Source of the DNA: the human T2T-CHM13v2.0 reference genome, Homo sapiens
Length of the DNA: 64,000 bases
Strand: one strand, 5' to 3'
NCBI RefSeq assembly: GCF_009914755.1
Contig: NC_060945.1
The notes beneath the pieces are model-generated. The model saw nothing but the letters and a program-made list of their open reading frames with translations. It was not told the origin of the DNA and did no database searches. Within the stretch, counting starts at the first letter, position 1; every line of letters begins with the position of its first letter. This document shows, one piece after another, positions 13,284 through 27,290 of this stretch. Both the position numbers and the translations under genes were made by a program.

Positions 13284-14769
13284 GCAAGAAAAGAGCTCTC
13301 TTCAACCAACATCTTACCTTCAGAAATTGGTTAAGAAGAAATGAGTGCTTGGGAACCTTCCTGTTAGAGCTGGGGAACACAAATAACCCCAAGATATGAC
13401 CCAACTGGGAAATGAGGCACCAGAGTCAGCAGGTCTCAGGACTCGAGAACATGTCATAGATCTGGGGCCAAGGGGACTTCCCAATACCCCAGTCCTGAAT
13501 TAGCCAGATGTGCCTTTCAGTCCTTGGCTGAGCTGGACTGAGGCCTCCTCCAAAGGGAGAAATAAATGTGCATCCTGAAGAGAGCTGACTCTGAAAGAGA
13601 GAGAAACCCACAGAGGCTGAGTTTCACCAGCACAACTACTTCCAAGCACATTCCTCAGGTAAGTCATTTCTCTTCCCAAGGGGAGGATTGAATGAGTTTA
13701 TGGTGAGAGGCTGAAAGCTTTTCTCCTTTATTTTCCCTCATGGGAGAGGAGTGGAAGTACTATGTTCTCTGTGGGAATCTGCAGACTATGGACGTTTCCC
13801 CCAACAGTTGGCATTGACTGATTTATCTGCATGTCTCTCTATCCACATCTTCTATATGAAGAATCTAAGTGGGAATAGCCTCCAAAGTACTCTGATAGTA
13901 CCAAAGCACTATTCTAGTTTTGTATAATTTTTAAGTCTCTTCTTTAAATTTTTTTTTTGCAGACTCCATCCTAGACACAGCATACCAGAGTCTCCAAAGG
14001 GCTAAGCTCAAGAATCTATTCTGAAGCTCCCAACAGGAGTCTTATATAGCCAGGCAGGCAATGATCATATTTGGGGACCATTAGAAATAATCGAATGCAT
14101 ATACTCTGAACTTCAAATTTTTAATATTCTCGTTTTCTGCTCAGTAAGCTCAATTTCAATGCAGTTCACAGTTTCTCATATCCACCATGGCATTCTGCCA
14201 AGGAACTACAACTTGTATTCTCTAAACCCAACTGTTCTAAGAATGCTGGGCTGCTTATCAACTTCTAATGTACCTTGCTTAAACTTTCCTCTCTCGATGT
14301 GTCCCTGACTGAACTGCAGAAGACAGAACAACTGTACTAGCCATCTCTTTCTGCATATCCCATGTCTCCACAGAGGCCACGGTGTCTTCACAAAGCTAAC
14401 TGCAACGATTTTCGCAGGTGATATTTTCCCTTCATGATTTTCCATTTTCTACTTGAGCATTAAAATATCAGGAAGAAAAAGAAGATATAACCATATAGCA
14501 GTTGGTAAAATAAGATATCTGCCCCAGCACAGCCCATACTAAGTATTCAGAATTTACAGTTATATTAGATAACTACAAATTAGATAACTATTAACATAGT
14601 TATATTAGATAAGTAATATTTTCTCATCTTCAAGAACTAAAAAATTAACTTTTAAGTGATATTCAAAAAAGGAAGATACTCACTCACATCAACCCAATTA
14701 AAACCACATTTTCTATAGCTGGATGTAACAATCTTAATCCAAATCATTCACAAAAGTTGTTTAACATTC

Positions 14770-15653
14770 TTTTTTTTTTAAATTATACTTTAAGTTTTAG
14801 GGTACATGTGCACAATGTGCAGGTTAGTTACATATGTATACATGTGCCATGCTGGTGTGCTGCACCCATTAACTCGTCATTTAGCATTAGGTATATCTCC
14901 TAATGCTATCCCTCCCTGCTCCCCCCACCCCACAACAGTCCCCAGAGTGTGATGTTCCCCTTCCTGTGTCCATGTGTTCTCATTGTTCAATTCCCATCTG
15001 TGAGTGAGAACATGCGGTGTTTGGTTTTTTGTCCTTGTGATAGTTTACTGAGAATGATGATTTCCAATTTCATCCATGTCCCTACAAAGGACATGAACTT
15101 ATCATTTTTTATGGCTGCATGGTATTCCATGGTGTATATGGGCCACATTTTCTTAATCCAGTCTATCATTGTTGGACATTTGGGTTGGTTCCAAGTCTTT
15201 GCTACTGTGAATAGTGTCACAATAAACATACGTGTGCATGTGTCTTTATAACAGCATGATTTATAGTCCCTTGGGTATATACCCAGTAATGGGATGGCTG
15301 GGTCAAATGGTATTTCTAGTTCTAGATCCCTGAGGAATCGCCACACTGACTTCCACAATGGTTGAACTAGTTTACAGTCCCACCAACAGTGTAAAAGTGT
15401 TCCTATTTCTCCACATCCTCTCCTGCACCTGTTGTTTCCTGACTTTTTAATGATTGCCATTCTAACTGGTGTGAGATGGTATCTCATTGTGGTTTTGATT
15501 TGCGTTTCTGTGATGGCCAGTGATGATGAGCATTTTTTCATGTGTCTTTTGTCTGCATAAATGTCTTCTTTTGAGAAGTGTCTGTTCATATCCTTTGCCC
15601 ACTTTTTGATGGGGTTGTTTGTTTTTTTCTTGTAAATTTGTTTGAGTTCATTG
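14770..15653 (-). mobile_element. 5'-truncated young L1PA (L1PA2/3-like) with ORF2 C-terminal remnant
   Basis: Poly(T), L1PA 3'UTR, 200-aa ORF2 C-terminus (14987-15589, ...[18 protein letters not shown]...); TSD ttaac(a/t)ttct. Confidence 0.93.
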
Positions 15654-18010
15654 TTAACTTTCTTAAAGTAAGGCTCTAGACATTTGCTTCTTTACAAGTA
15701 TCTTGCAAAGCCATTATGAGGTAGAAGAAAAGTTTAAATGCACCACATTTTTCTACTCCATCGTAACTAAAATTACTACTCACAGGATGTGTATAGCTTC
15801 TGAATTTTGGTCCATCACATTTTCCACCATCAAATGAGTATACCCTTAAGGTTCTCACTTTATCATCAGCATAATATATTTTGCTTCCAGAATACCCAGT
15901 AAAGCTGAAATTTTTTCATTTAAAGTGATAAAAAAAATTCCCCAAATATCTACTTAACAATCTTAGATCTGAGTTTTGGCAAGACAGTTTAATGCATACA
16001 CAATGAAAACACTACATTTCTCACTCTCTCTCACACATGCACAGATTAAAACCCCAAAGTTTTCACTATATTTCCTCTTTCTTATACAGTTCAATTTTTA
16101 ACATGCAGCTTACTTATAATCTAAAAACAATTTTAAACATGATTGTCATAAAAATATTTTAAAACAGACATGAAATGTATAAAGGCAGACATAGATCATC
16201 CATGGTTACATCTGTTACATTTCTTTAGAAACAGAACTGTTTCTTCTCCTGTAAACAAACTTTTTTTTTCACACATTTAAAGCGAGGTCAGTGCTGACAT
16301 AAAATTATCGCTCTACTCACAGCCTTGTCTAGAGCCTTACTTTAAGAAAGTTAAAGTTTGCACTGTGCTTGAGATACATTTTCTTCATCTTCACAGCCCC
16401 AGCACTCTTACTTGAGAGTATGAGTCAACAGAAGTTTGCAGGCTAAAACCATTCAATAATATTTTCACCAATACTGGAATGGTAGTAAGTAACATTACAA
16501 AACATCAGAGGCCAAAAATGTTTCTTTGTTGGAGCCCAAGATTTTAATTTATTCTTCATTACCTGAAAATACTGCTCATTTAACCTCTTTGGGAAAAAAA
16601 ATATTCCAGAGATGAATAATTCCTTCATTAATGCTTCACCCAAGATGATTCCTTCACACTTATCCTCCAATGCTTTGCTGTTTTCATCCTTTGATGTAGC
16701 AGGCACCAAGAATCACCTTTCCTTTGGTCATCTGGCATAATGATCTCTTATGGTTTTTGCTAGTTGTTTGACAAATATTTTGTAAATTTTTCCACGGTAT
16801 GTATGCACTGTTTTTTGTAGTTCCAGTTCTAAAGGTTTTATTAGGGAATGAATGTTGTCATCTTAAAAGAACAATTTCTCAGTGCTTCATAAACAGCTCT
16901 AAATGCTGGTTGCTTATCATCATGGTAAACACCTCTGTTCCCTGAAGAATCAAGATTCCTTCTTCTGCTTCTTGGCAACTGCTTCCATATAGACAATGAT
17001 CTGGATGATAATTCCATTGACACGGAAAGGCAAAAAGACTTTCTGGATTATGAAAAAACATGATATCCAACAAATCTTGATTGCCCATGTAAATCTTGAT
17101 TGCCTATGTAATGTTTAGTTTGTATTCTTTAAGCCATGTCATAAGTATATCTCTTCATTGTAGTCACACAGTTTGTCATATCATTCTTGAAATACTTCCT
17201 TCTCATTCGAGTCATATTCATCAACATAATTCCAGGGTTTACTCCAGTTTTTCCACAGTATGGTTGCCTAGCAAAGCGACTATACCATCTTATTTGAGGT
17301 TCCTTGTGTTCTGAGGCCACTGGAGCAATTTATGTGGAATTAAATTTCTTTAGTAAAGAACAAATATGATCAACTGGTCGTAAAAAAGGCTATTAGTGTG
17401 GGAGTCAACTTCTTTCAGGAATAACGGCAAGAACAATCTCTGCGGACCACATGGTTTAAAGAGTTTTTCCATGCTGCTGCATTCTCACTTGGAAAGGTTA
17501 TGGGGTATATTGTATAATTAAATATTTGCAGAAATGACCCCTGTCACGTCTTCCTTTAAAGCTATAATGTAGCTGATCTTCAGCAAAAACCTGGAATTGA
17601 AGAGCTTTGATCCTGAAAAATGATAGCTGACTTCAACGTGGTCATAGTTTCTTCCAGTCTTTCATCACAGGCAACTACAGCTAGATGCATTTTCTCAACA
17701 GGCTGTATTTTCAGACGACACCTGTCCCACCCACCAGGATGCACAGCAGGACCAGCGCTGCCCGCGCCTCTCACGGCACCGCATCCGCCTCCTGCCAGCC
17801 AGGAAGCCACTGAGGCCTGCTGCTTCCCGCCACCACCGCCTGCTGCTTCCTCCAGGGACATGGGGAGCTGGCTGAAGGCGTAAAGGAGCGAGCAGAAGCC
17901 GCAGGCCAGACACAGCGCCACCACGTGCGGGTAGCGCCGCATCGCCCCAGCCGTGTTCCTTGGTCTCCGTCTCCGCCGCGCCCGCCTGGTGAACTGGAGC
18001 ACAGGGACCA
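15654..18010 (-). pseudogene. GXYLT1P: Processed GXYLT1 (glucoside xylosyltransferase 1) pseudogene; CDS remnant 17942->16713 plus UTRs (3'UTR may continue left of the L1)
   Basis: Intronless translation MRRYPHVVALCLACGFCSLLYAFSQL...KIQPVEKMHLAVVAC...[33 protein letters not shown]...; multiple frameshifts, deletion at the DxD motif, 19-bp tandem duplication at ~17072-17109. Confidence 0.93.
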
Positions 18011-18337
18011 TAGTTCTGGAAATTTATCCTTTTTCTCTCCATGGATTCAGCAGCAGTGTCTAAAAGAAAAAAATTCATCAATCATTTATGTATATTTTAA
18101 TATAAAGGTAAAACACTGCGAACCAGTGGAACCGGATAGAAAGTAATTCAGTTTTACAGAACACAACTGTTTTTCAGGCTCTTTTATTAAATATAAAAGA
18201 GCCATATATATTTCTGTGGAATTCCCCTTTTACTTAAGAATTCATTATCAGCGAATTAGTTTAAGGAGGCTGTTTTGTTAGAGGCTGTGGTTGCATTCAA
18301 AAATTGGAATAGGAACAATGACTTGTAAAAATTCAAC

Positions 18338-18636
18338 ATTTTATTTTATTTTTGAGATGGAGTCTCGCTCTGTCGCCCAGGCTGTAGTGCAGTGGCGCGA
18401 TCTCGGCTCACTGCAACCTCAGCCTCCCGGGTTTAAGGAATTCTCTGCTTCAGCCTCCTGAATAGCTGGGATTACAGGCGCATGCCACCAAGCCCAGCTA
18501 ATTTTTTTTGTATTTTTAGTAGAGACGAAGTTTCACCACCTTGGCCAGGCTGGTCTTGAGCTCCTGACCTCGTGATCAGCCCACCTCAGCCTTCAAAAGT
18601 GCTGGGATTATAGGCGTGAGCCGCCGCGCCCGGCCG
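18338..18636 (-). mobile_element. AluS, CpG-rich
   Basis: Antisense dimer ending ...gagccgccgcgcccggcc. Confidence 0.9.
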
Positions 18637-18956
18637 GAAGTTCTTTCTTCTTAAAAGGATTATAAATGTAATTCCCACTGGCATGACACTTTTACTAATA
18701 TAGGTTGACTTTTTGCTTCAAATAACCCATTCGTACATCTAAATTAATTTCGCTCAGTATGTGTGTGTGCATGTGTGTGTGTGGATGTGTGTGTGTGTGT
18801 GTGGATGTGTGGATGTAAATCACAGTAAAGGGTAAAGGGAAGGTGGAAAAAAGGGAGATGGTCTAACATTTTTCACACATTTTTTAAATACACAAAAGAT
18901 ATGTAGTAAAAACAATGGTGTGGCGAAAACAAAATCTTGCAAACTAGAAAAAAGAC

Positions 18957-21135
18957 AGTCCCCGGTCCCGTGTGGTCCCGTCCCGCCACGGGGCCAGCCA
19001 GCTGTAAGCTCCACGCAGTTCAACAAAGGCCCCTCCTACAGGCTCTTGGCGGACGTCCAGAACCGGTTCCTGTCCAAATATGACTCCCAGAAGGAGGTAG
19101 AGCTCCGCAGCTGGATCTAGGGACTCACTGGCCTCTCCATCGGCCCGACTTCCAGAAGGGCCTGAAGGACGGGATTATCTTATGCACACTCATGAACAAA
19201 CTGCAGCCGGGCTCAGTACCCAAAAATCAACCGCTTCAGTGTAGAACTGGTACCAGCTAGAAAGCCTCTCCAACCTCCTCAAGGCCATGGTCAGCTACAG
19301 CATGAACCCCGTGGACCTATTTGAGACCAACGACCTGTTTGAGAGTGGGAACGTGAGGCAGGTGCAGGTGTCTCTTCTCGCCCTGGCAAGGAAGGCCAAG
19401 ACTAAGGGGCTGCAGAGCGAGGTGGACATCGGTGAGGAGTACTCAGAGAAGCAGGAGGGGAACTTCGACGATGCCACCATGAAGGCTGGCCAGTGCATCA
19501 TCCGGCTGCAGATTACCAATAAACGCGCCAGCCAGTCAGGCACGACTGTGTACGGCAGAGCACGAGGAGGCATCTCTACGACCCCAAGAACAACATCCTG
19601 CCCCCCATGGACCACTCGACCATCAGCCTCCAGATGGGTACAAGCAAGTGTGCCAGCCAGGTGGGCATGGCGGCTCCTGGGACCCGGTGGCACATCTACG
19701 ACACGAAGCTGGGAATCACAAGTATGACAACTCTTCCACGACCCTGAAGATGGGCTACACGCTGGGCACCAACCAGAGCAGCCAGGTCTTCAGCCTGGGC
19801 CGACAGATATACGACCCCAAGTACTGCCTGGGAGCACAGTGGCCCACGGGGCTCCCTCAGGTGCAGGCGACTGCCCGGGGCCAGTGGAGGCCCCTGAATA
19901 TCTCCCTTACTACCAAGAGGAGACCAGCTACTGAGGCTCCCAGCACGCTCTCTCCCCACATGGTCTCCCTGTCTGGGTGTTTGGGTTTTTCTGTGTTTTC
20001 ATCTTTTTTTTTTTTAACCTGTTCAGTGCTGCCAGTCAACGGAGCGTCTGTGAGTAGCAGCGTGGGATCAGGCAGCAGGGTTTTTTTTCCCCGTTGCTTT
20101 CGTTCCTTTGCAGGACTGAGCCACCGGGCTGTGGGGGAAGGGATCAAGGCCATATCCCGATGCGTGTCGGGTGAGGGTCCCCGCTGGCGCGTCCAGGCTG
20201 TGGGCCTAGCTGTGCTGGGGAGACGAGACCTGGGCATGGAGGGAACCGGTCCCCGAAGGTTTCCCGTTGCCTCGCCTCTTCCCCCTTTTGTCAGCCGATC
20301 AGTTTGTGGTTTCTGTACCCGCAAAAGTTTCAAGAAGTATTAACAAAAGAAAAAAATTTTTTTTCCCCCAGGAATGGGGCAGGGACAGTGGGTGCTGGGA
20401 AATCAGTCCCTTGGGACAGGGGGCCAGGCCAGGATGCTAAAATATCTCAGGCTCCTGAGTGGCTGGATTTCCCTAGGACCCTCAGACCAACAGACCTCAG
20501 ACCCTCAGACCTACGCTGGGGCCCGGTGAGGAAACAGGCCCATACAAGGTAGTGGAATTCTCCGTTGTTAGTGTTAAGCCTGACCCCTCTCCATACTAGT
20601 CCCCTTACCCCCGTGGCCCTCAGTAGGGTTTTTTTGTTTGTTTTTGTTTTTGTTTTTTTGAGATGGAGTCTCACTTTGTCTCTCAGGCTGAAGCACAGTG
20701 GAGTAATCTCGCCTCACTGCACCAGCCTCCCATGCTCAAGCGATCCTCCTGCCTCAGCCTCCAGAGTAGCTAGGACTACAGGCCTGTGCCACCACACCTG
20801 GCTAATTTTTTGTATTTTTAGTAGAGACAGGATTTCACCATGTTGGCCAGGTTGATCTGGAACTCTTGACCTCATGTGATCTGCCTGTCTCGTCCTCCCA
20901 AAGTGTTGGGATGGCAGGTGTGAGCCACCACGCCCAGCCCCTCAGTAGGTTTTAAGGAGCCCCAGCCCTCCTTCTCCCCTTCTGGGCCTGACCAGGTCTA
21001 CTGCTGTATCTCCCCCAACCACACGCCCTGCCAAGTACTGCACAGGGCCCCCCACCCAGGGACCCCGGATCATGAGATAATGTGAAATACCGACTGTGGA
21101 CCAAACACAATAAAACCTCTGTTTTTAAGAAGAAA
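18957..21135 (+). pseudogene. CNN2P: Processed calponin-2 pseudogene (CDS remnant 19004-19934, start ATG mutated)
   Basis: SSTQFNKGPSY...LSKYDSQKEVELRSWI...MNPVDLFETNDLFESGNVRQVQVSLLALA...GRQIYDPKYC; intronless, stops and frameshifts, AATAAA at 21109, approximate TSD aaaagac. Confidence 0.95.
20628..20939 (-). mobile_element. Old Alu (J/Sx-like) inside the CNN2P 3'UTR
   Basis: Antisense dimer with TSD ccctcagtagg. Confidence 0.88.
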
Positions 21136-22399
21136 ATGAAAAGACTTAAAATTGGCATTTTAGGACTTTATATATATTATTAAATATATATTAAATATAA
21201 ATGTTATACAATTTAGCGCCTTTATCTCCCAGTCTCTGGGAGAGGTTAGGAACTTAACTTTCTTAAGCCTCAATTAGTAAATACATCTGGCCTAGCCACA
21301 TTGATCAACCTCTCTCCTAACATCATCCTGTAAATTTCAGAAGCTCATGCAAAACTCTCCCACCTTTTGTTACAACAGATATGTCAACTGATACAATTAT
21401 ACAACAATTGTATAAGATAATATTAGATTTAATCTCACAATCACACTCAGCTGGATTACTAACCCTTCTCCTACATCTTGCTCACCTAAATTTATCTACA
21501 TTTTCTATGAATTGAATAGCTTAGAAATGTATGTCATCTGTGTATTATAGTGTAAGTTATTGTAATACAGAAATATGGACTTTCTTTAACTCCCTTTTGC
21601 TGCCTAGGAAATACCAATTTTTTTGAGCATGGCAAGTGTTTCCAAGCATTCAGAAGTGCAGAATGAGGTCTGCTTGTCATCCTCTCAGTCTCAGCTCCTC
21701 TCCCTCCTTCATCTCTCTGTTTCATTGATGAGTATAGAAGATCAGTGATTTTTATATGAAATGAAAACTGATGGAACTAAGGTGTTGATTTGATTATCCA
21801 ACCGACCATTTATTGAGTGTCCATTACAAGTTAAATTGTGTTCTGGAGAACAGCTCAGGAAATGAATGCTTGACATTGATGTACATAATAGAAATACAAA
21901 CATACCATTAAAAAATCAGACCTCTTATGACAATCCAGATTCTCAAGTAAGTTTTGTGAAGCTCTTTCAAGATGAGAATGTAAAATTTCAAAAAAAAAAA
22001 TCATTTTAACAAGTCCTTCTTGAGACAGAAAAGTGGAATTAGAAGATCATATATGGTTGTTTCACTAGCTCAAATCTTAAGTACAGTTTTTAGTCAATTG
22101 ACAGCCATATAATTCTTAGTTTTGTATACTGATATTCATTAGAAATTATAAACTTTAAAAAATATTCCTGTCTCATTCTACTAATCAATTTAAAATTTTC
22201 ATTCATTTGGTTATATTTCTTCATTTTACCTGGTCTTTAATACTTCTTTCCTGCCCAGCATTAAACTTAATTAATGTCTAATTTGCTTACTTGGTTTAGT
22301 TACTTTTGGCCATGTTCAATACACTTCTTATGAAGCAGGCATGTAGGAGTGTTTACAAGTTTATGGTTCTCAGTCTTCCAAATCCCTGATGGCAGCACC

Positions 22400-22535
22400 C
22401 CAACAGACACACACCACAATATAAACACATACACACACACCCGTGCACACTCATACTCACCCACCTACATGCAGACACACACACACACCCATACTCACCC
22501 ACCTACACACAGAAACACACCCACACACACACTTC
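22400..22535. repeat. Degenerate (CA)n-rich simple repeat
   Basis: Directly visible. Confidence 0.85.
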
Positions 22536-24129
22536 AGTGGATAAACACAGAAAACACTCTACAGGCAAAGACATCATACATCAGGGATCTCTTAATGCAC
22601 TACACACTTCTGTAAATTATCAGGACTGCTCAACTGAGGTGAGTCTACAGAGATTTCAAAGGCTATTTGAGTGCTAAGCTATCTAACTAGTGGTTGGAGA
22701 CTATTTAAATAGTGCATTAAACACAACTCTTGAGGCTCTGAAGAATTTCTGTGCTTTCCAATGAACCAGGAGTTACAAGGTCCTGAAAACCACAAGCTTG
22801 TTATATACTTTAATAGATAAAGCAAAGCTGATATTAATGTGAATATACTTTATATTTACTTCCATTCATGTTAATTTTTCTTTGCCTGTAATATACATTT
22901 TTATATAACTGGAAATAAAAAACATCTTAGGAAAAAGAAAACAAAAAATAAAATTTCCCTGATTACACTGTGCCTTGGTTCAGTAACCCTGCACTGCACG
23001 TATAGACTATAAATGGGTGTCTTGGGGAGCCACTTTGGTATTTCATTTTAATAGCTCAGCCTGGAGAATATATTTGTGAGTGGATCACATATTACAACTG
23101 ATTTAAATTTTGACCCATAGAGAAATAAGTTTTCAAAAATATATCTGAAGCCTGGATACTGAAAAATATTTATCATCATAGAATAATAAAAGGCTAGCCA
23201 TTAGTTACTCAGAAATTGTTCAATAACTCTAAGAAAACTTAGACATAAAGAGTTATGAGTGAGTATAGTTCATCATTAATGTTTGTAAAAATTAATGGTG
23301 TCATTTATGTTTGGGAATAAAAAACTAGAAATATAACTTTATTTGATAGAGATAAATGATAGACATAAAGTTTACATAAAGCAAGAGAATAATACTAGGT
23401 GTGTAAAAATATTGTTTTATAGATAAGATTTTATGATGAAATTGTGTTGAACAACATGAATCAAACATGTTTTGCATACTACATATGAAGTTACAACATC
23501 ACAGCCTTTTAAGTATTTCATTAACTTCAAAATGTAACTTATCGCTGAAACAATCTGATTTAATGAATTGGGATAATGGGTAATGATTGGTGTAAGCTGA
23601 AAGCAATACTATACTTTTAAAGTTATATCTCTTTGTGTATTAATACAAACACCAGAGAAGATGGTCAATAAATTAATTACTGTACAATGTCTATCATAAT
23701 ACTTAAACCTGGAAGAAAATCATTAAATGCTTAGTGAATAGAATTGGTGAATTGCTTCCATTTTATACAATTTTCTGTTCATTTTAGGGCTTACCAAAAC
23801 TTACAGCTGTAAGGCCCAATTATTTACTCCTTCAAATAAAGCAAGATTCCAAGAATAAGTGTGAATGTTTTGTTTTGTTTTTCACTGAAATATTCCGGTC
23901 TGTAGCTACTCCAAATCACACTAATCTTTCTAGAGTCTGGTATAGGTCCTGGTCTCAAGGCCACTGTTACCACCATCACCATCTTTTGTGCCTCAAGGTT
24001 GAGCCATCCTAACTTACCTGCGTGGAACTGGAAAAGTCCCATTTCATGATACTTTAAGCAACCCAGATGTCTCTTTCACTGAAAGTGGTATTCTTCCTGT
24101 GTTTTTTCTTTCCAGCAAGTGATGTCGAC

Positions 24130-24450
24130 CTCTACCTACACCTGACATCTCAGTGTAATTCTTGACATTTTCTTCTTCACATTTCCATTTTCAGTCACCA
24201 AGTGTTGTCAGATTTTACCTTCTCTCTTTTTCTTGAATGAATTTTTCTCTTTCTGTCTTCATTGCCATCATGAATTCCACCCCATCACTCTCTCACCTGG
24301 GCTACAGTGAGCACCTCTAAAGTGCTCTCCCTGATTCTCTCTCCAAAAATGTTTCTGTGCTATATCCAAAATGACTTACTTGAAATGTAAATACAATTTA
24401 CATTGTAAATTGCTTGGCTTAAAAATTCCCAAAGACTTCACATTGGTACT
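24130..24450 (+). mobile_element. L2 LINE fragment
   Basis: Degenerate L2 ORF2 3' motifs (atcactctctcacctgggctacag...cctctaa, ttggcttaaaaattccc). Confidence 0.5.
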
Positions 24451-27001
24451 AGGAGTCCAATCAAGAGTCAAAAAATGGGTTCAAGCAGTACAAAATTTGT
24501 TTCTTTTCTCTCTCCCCCATCTTGTGGCATGAACATTATTGAGCTAAATGATTCAGATATATTTTTTCTTGCCTTCTGGACTTTGGTCTTCTTATTCATA
24601 TGCTTTTCCCACTACCATCCCAGATTTACATAATTAGCTCTTACTTTTATTTTAGTTTGCTCTTCATCTTCCCCACCAAGAGAAGCCTTACCTGATATCC
24701 CTAAATATGAAAGGCTTTCATAACAGTGCATAGCTTTTCTCTGTTATTTATAATATTGTTTTCAAATTTTTATATTTTTGTTACTATTAATAATAAATAA
24801 ATCTGAGCATGCTCTTTGATAAGAAGTCTAATAAAATTTTGGTGCAATTAGTAATTCAGTACATAATTGTTTTCTATAAGCCATGATTCTAGAGATTGAG
24901 GGGAAAATGCAGCAGTAATCTCTCCCAAGTGGAAGGACAAATAGCCAAGCAATATTGACCTACCCATTCATCTCTCAAAAACAGGGTTAAGATATTGATT
25001 CTCCTGTTTTCAGGATGAAGAAGGGACAGGGAGTTTCTTGCTGGTTAGTTTCTCAACTCACTCTTTTTATGGAAAAAGTAATTAATCTGATAAATGACAC
25101 AGAAGATTTTGATGTTTATTAGCAAGGTGGTGATTCCAAGAAGTTGAAATAAAAAGGCTTCAGAGCCTGTCTCTCTCAATCACTATCTTTGGGTTCTTGA
25201 GGCTGCTTGTGCACAAAATAGGAAGCACTTGTGTAAGAGCTGCATAGGCAGGCTCAGTCCAGCTACTGGTTTCATAAATCCAACTTTTCCAAGCATGACA
25301 GAATGTCAGAATCCCATGAGCCAAAACTTTTATGATGAGAGAGAAAGAATGATATTTTGCTCCCCAATCTAATTTTCAAATTAAATTTTAAACAAAGTTA
25401 ATAAAGTTAAATAAATATAACAAAGCTGAATATACACACACATGCATACACCCATGCACATGCACACAAGCTTCTTGCATTTATTTTTTTAATTGTTTAA
25501 TCATTCATGAGAAATGGTTTGATTTTGTATTTTCTATCTACCAATACTTGCACAAGCTCTGGCTGCAAAACTTTTGTTGGTCAAACATTAGCATTTGGGG
25601 AACATGTCCCTGCTGAGAGATAGATCTTGATACAGCCTTAACTACATCATCAGTAGACATGGGACTGTTTTTAACTAGAGGGAGGCAAATGGCTTTCAGA
25701 TGGTTGTGTAGCTGGTTTTAACAGTAGCCTGCAGTGGCTTTTTGACAGACATGAACCTTACTAGTTATTATTAGGCTTCAGAGCATTAGTATGAGGTTTT
25801 AATTTGCTTATGTTAGGCACGAGAAGGTAGCACTATCCTAGATGCCCTAAATATTGTTCCTTGTCACTTTTTTCCCACTGAATTCAGAGGTAATTTGGGG
25901 ACTGTGTCTAAAATGGTCTTATATTCATGTGCCATAGGTTTCTGAAGCTTCCATTCTGAACATGGTCTCAAGTTGGCTCTTGAGGGCTAATTTCATTACA
26001 CATGATCATAGGTATAAATTTAAATTTATGGGGGATTGTTTTGTACATCCCACAGAACCTGGATTTACTACAAAGAGACTGTAGAGTTTATCAAAAAGAA
26101 GATTAACAGGAATAAGAGTTCTTGCTGTCTAGGGAATATATCATCTTCTTTGGGTAATGCCTATTAATGCTCCTCAAAATAGCTAGAGCATTCAAGGTTT
26201 GTAACCAGTTCACAATGACAGAAGTAGCTTCTACTAGAAATTAAATATATTAGTTCTTTCATTGAGTAACTATTGCTACAAGAATATATTTGCTGAATAA
26301 ACTAACATGCTTATTGACATAATTGATTTGCATACCATGGCAACACTTCATGGACCAAACCCTAAGTCCCATGAAAAATTGAATAGAATTATTTGACAGT
26401 TAAGAATCATTGGAAAAGCCTGGCTCTAGGTCTCAGGAAGCAATCTGGTTGATTATGTGTTTTCAGTGTGTAGTCATAATACAACTGTATATCAGTAGTG
26501 TACATTAGACACTTTATACACTCTACATATATTTTCTCATTTGATCCTTCAATACATGAATAATATAGGAAATAGACTTGAATTTAACTGCTCCAGTAAG
26601 GTCAAAGACCAAAAACCTCATTACAATGCCTACATTAGAGATTCTTCTTCCAATTAAAATAAAGTTACCAAGGGCAATTGCTCCTGCCATAACGAGAAGA
26701 CATTGGATGAACTTAAAATTTTTTTTTTGTTTAAAGCCATCAAAACACTATGGGCCTAAAGTTACAATGAACTAAATTTCAGAGAAAAATAAGCCTTTCC
26801 TAGGTGATCACAGATTAGCAGCGGAGTCCATCTCTGAGGACATTTGCTGGATCTGGGGCCTTGAGTAGGTAGAAGGACAAGCCTACAATGTGGAGAAACA
26901 CCTGGAACATTGGGAATAAGCAAAATAATCTACAGGGAACTTCAATAGGGGCTGAAAACTAGAAAATCATGTGGTCTCCTAGCTCTTACTTATTTTCACT
27001 T

Positions 27002-27290
27002 AAGAGACAGGGTCTCATTCTGTCACCCAGGCTATGGTGCAGTAGAGTGATCATGGCTCACTGCAGCCTCAAACTCCTCCCTCAGGTGATCCTCCTGCCT
27101 CAGCCTCTCCAGTAGATAGAACTACAGGTGCATAGCATCATGCCTAGCTAATTTTTATTTTTTGTGTGTGGACACAAAAACCCACTATGTTGCCCAGGCT
27201 GGCCTAGAACTCTTGGCCTCAAGTGTTCTTCCTGCCTTGCCCCCCACCCTCAAGCACTGCTATTACAGGTGTGAGTCACCACATCTGGCC
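27002..27290 (-). mobile_element. AluJ
   Basis: gagacagggtctc...tgatcatggctcactgcagcctcaaactcc...cactatgttgcccaggctgg. Confidence 0.85.

Noticed and set aside
13940-14769. Distal GXYLT1 3'UTR with poly(A) end near 13950
   Set aside because: Plausible, but no TSD matching the 5' end was found, so it was left out of the feature.
14987-15589. 200-aa ORF as a host gene or active L1
   Set aside because: C-terminal ORF2 of a ~0.9-kb 5'-truncated L1 lacking promoter, ORF1, EN and RT.
19648-20343. 231-aa ORF (and antisense 158-aa ORF) as a novel gene
   Set aside because: Frameshifted CNN2 C-terminus reading through the GC-rich 3'UTR of a processed pseudogene.
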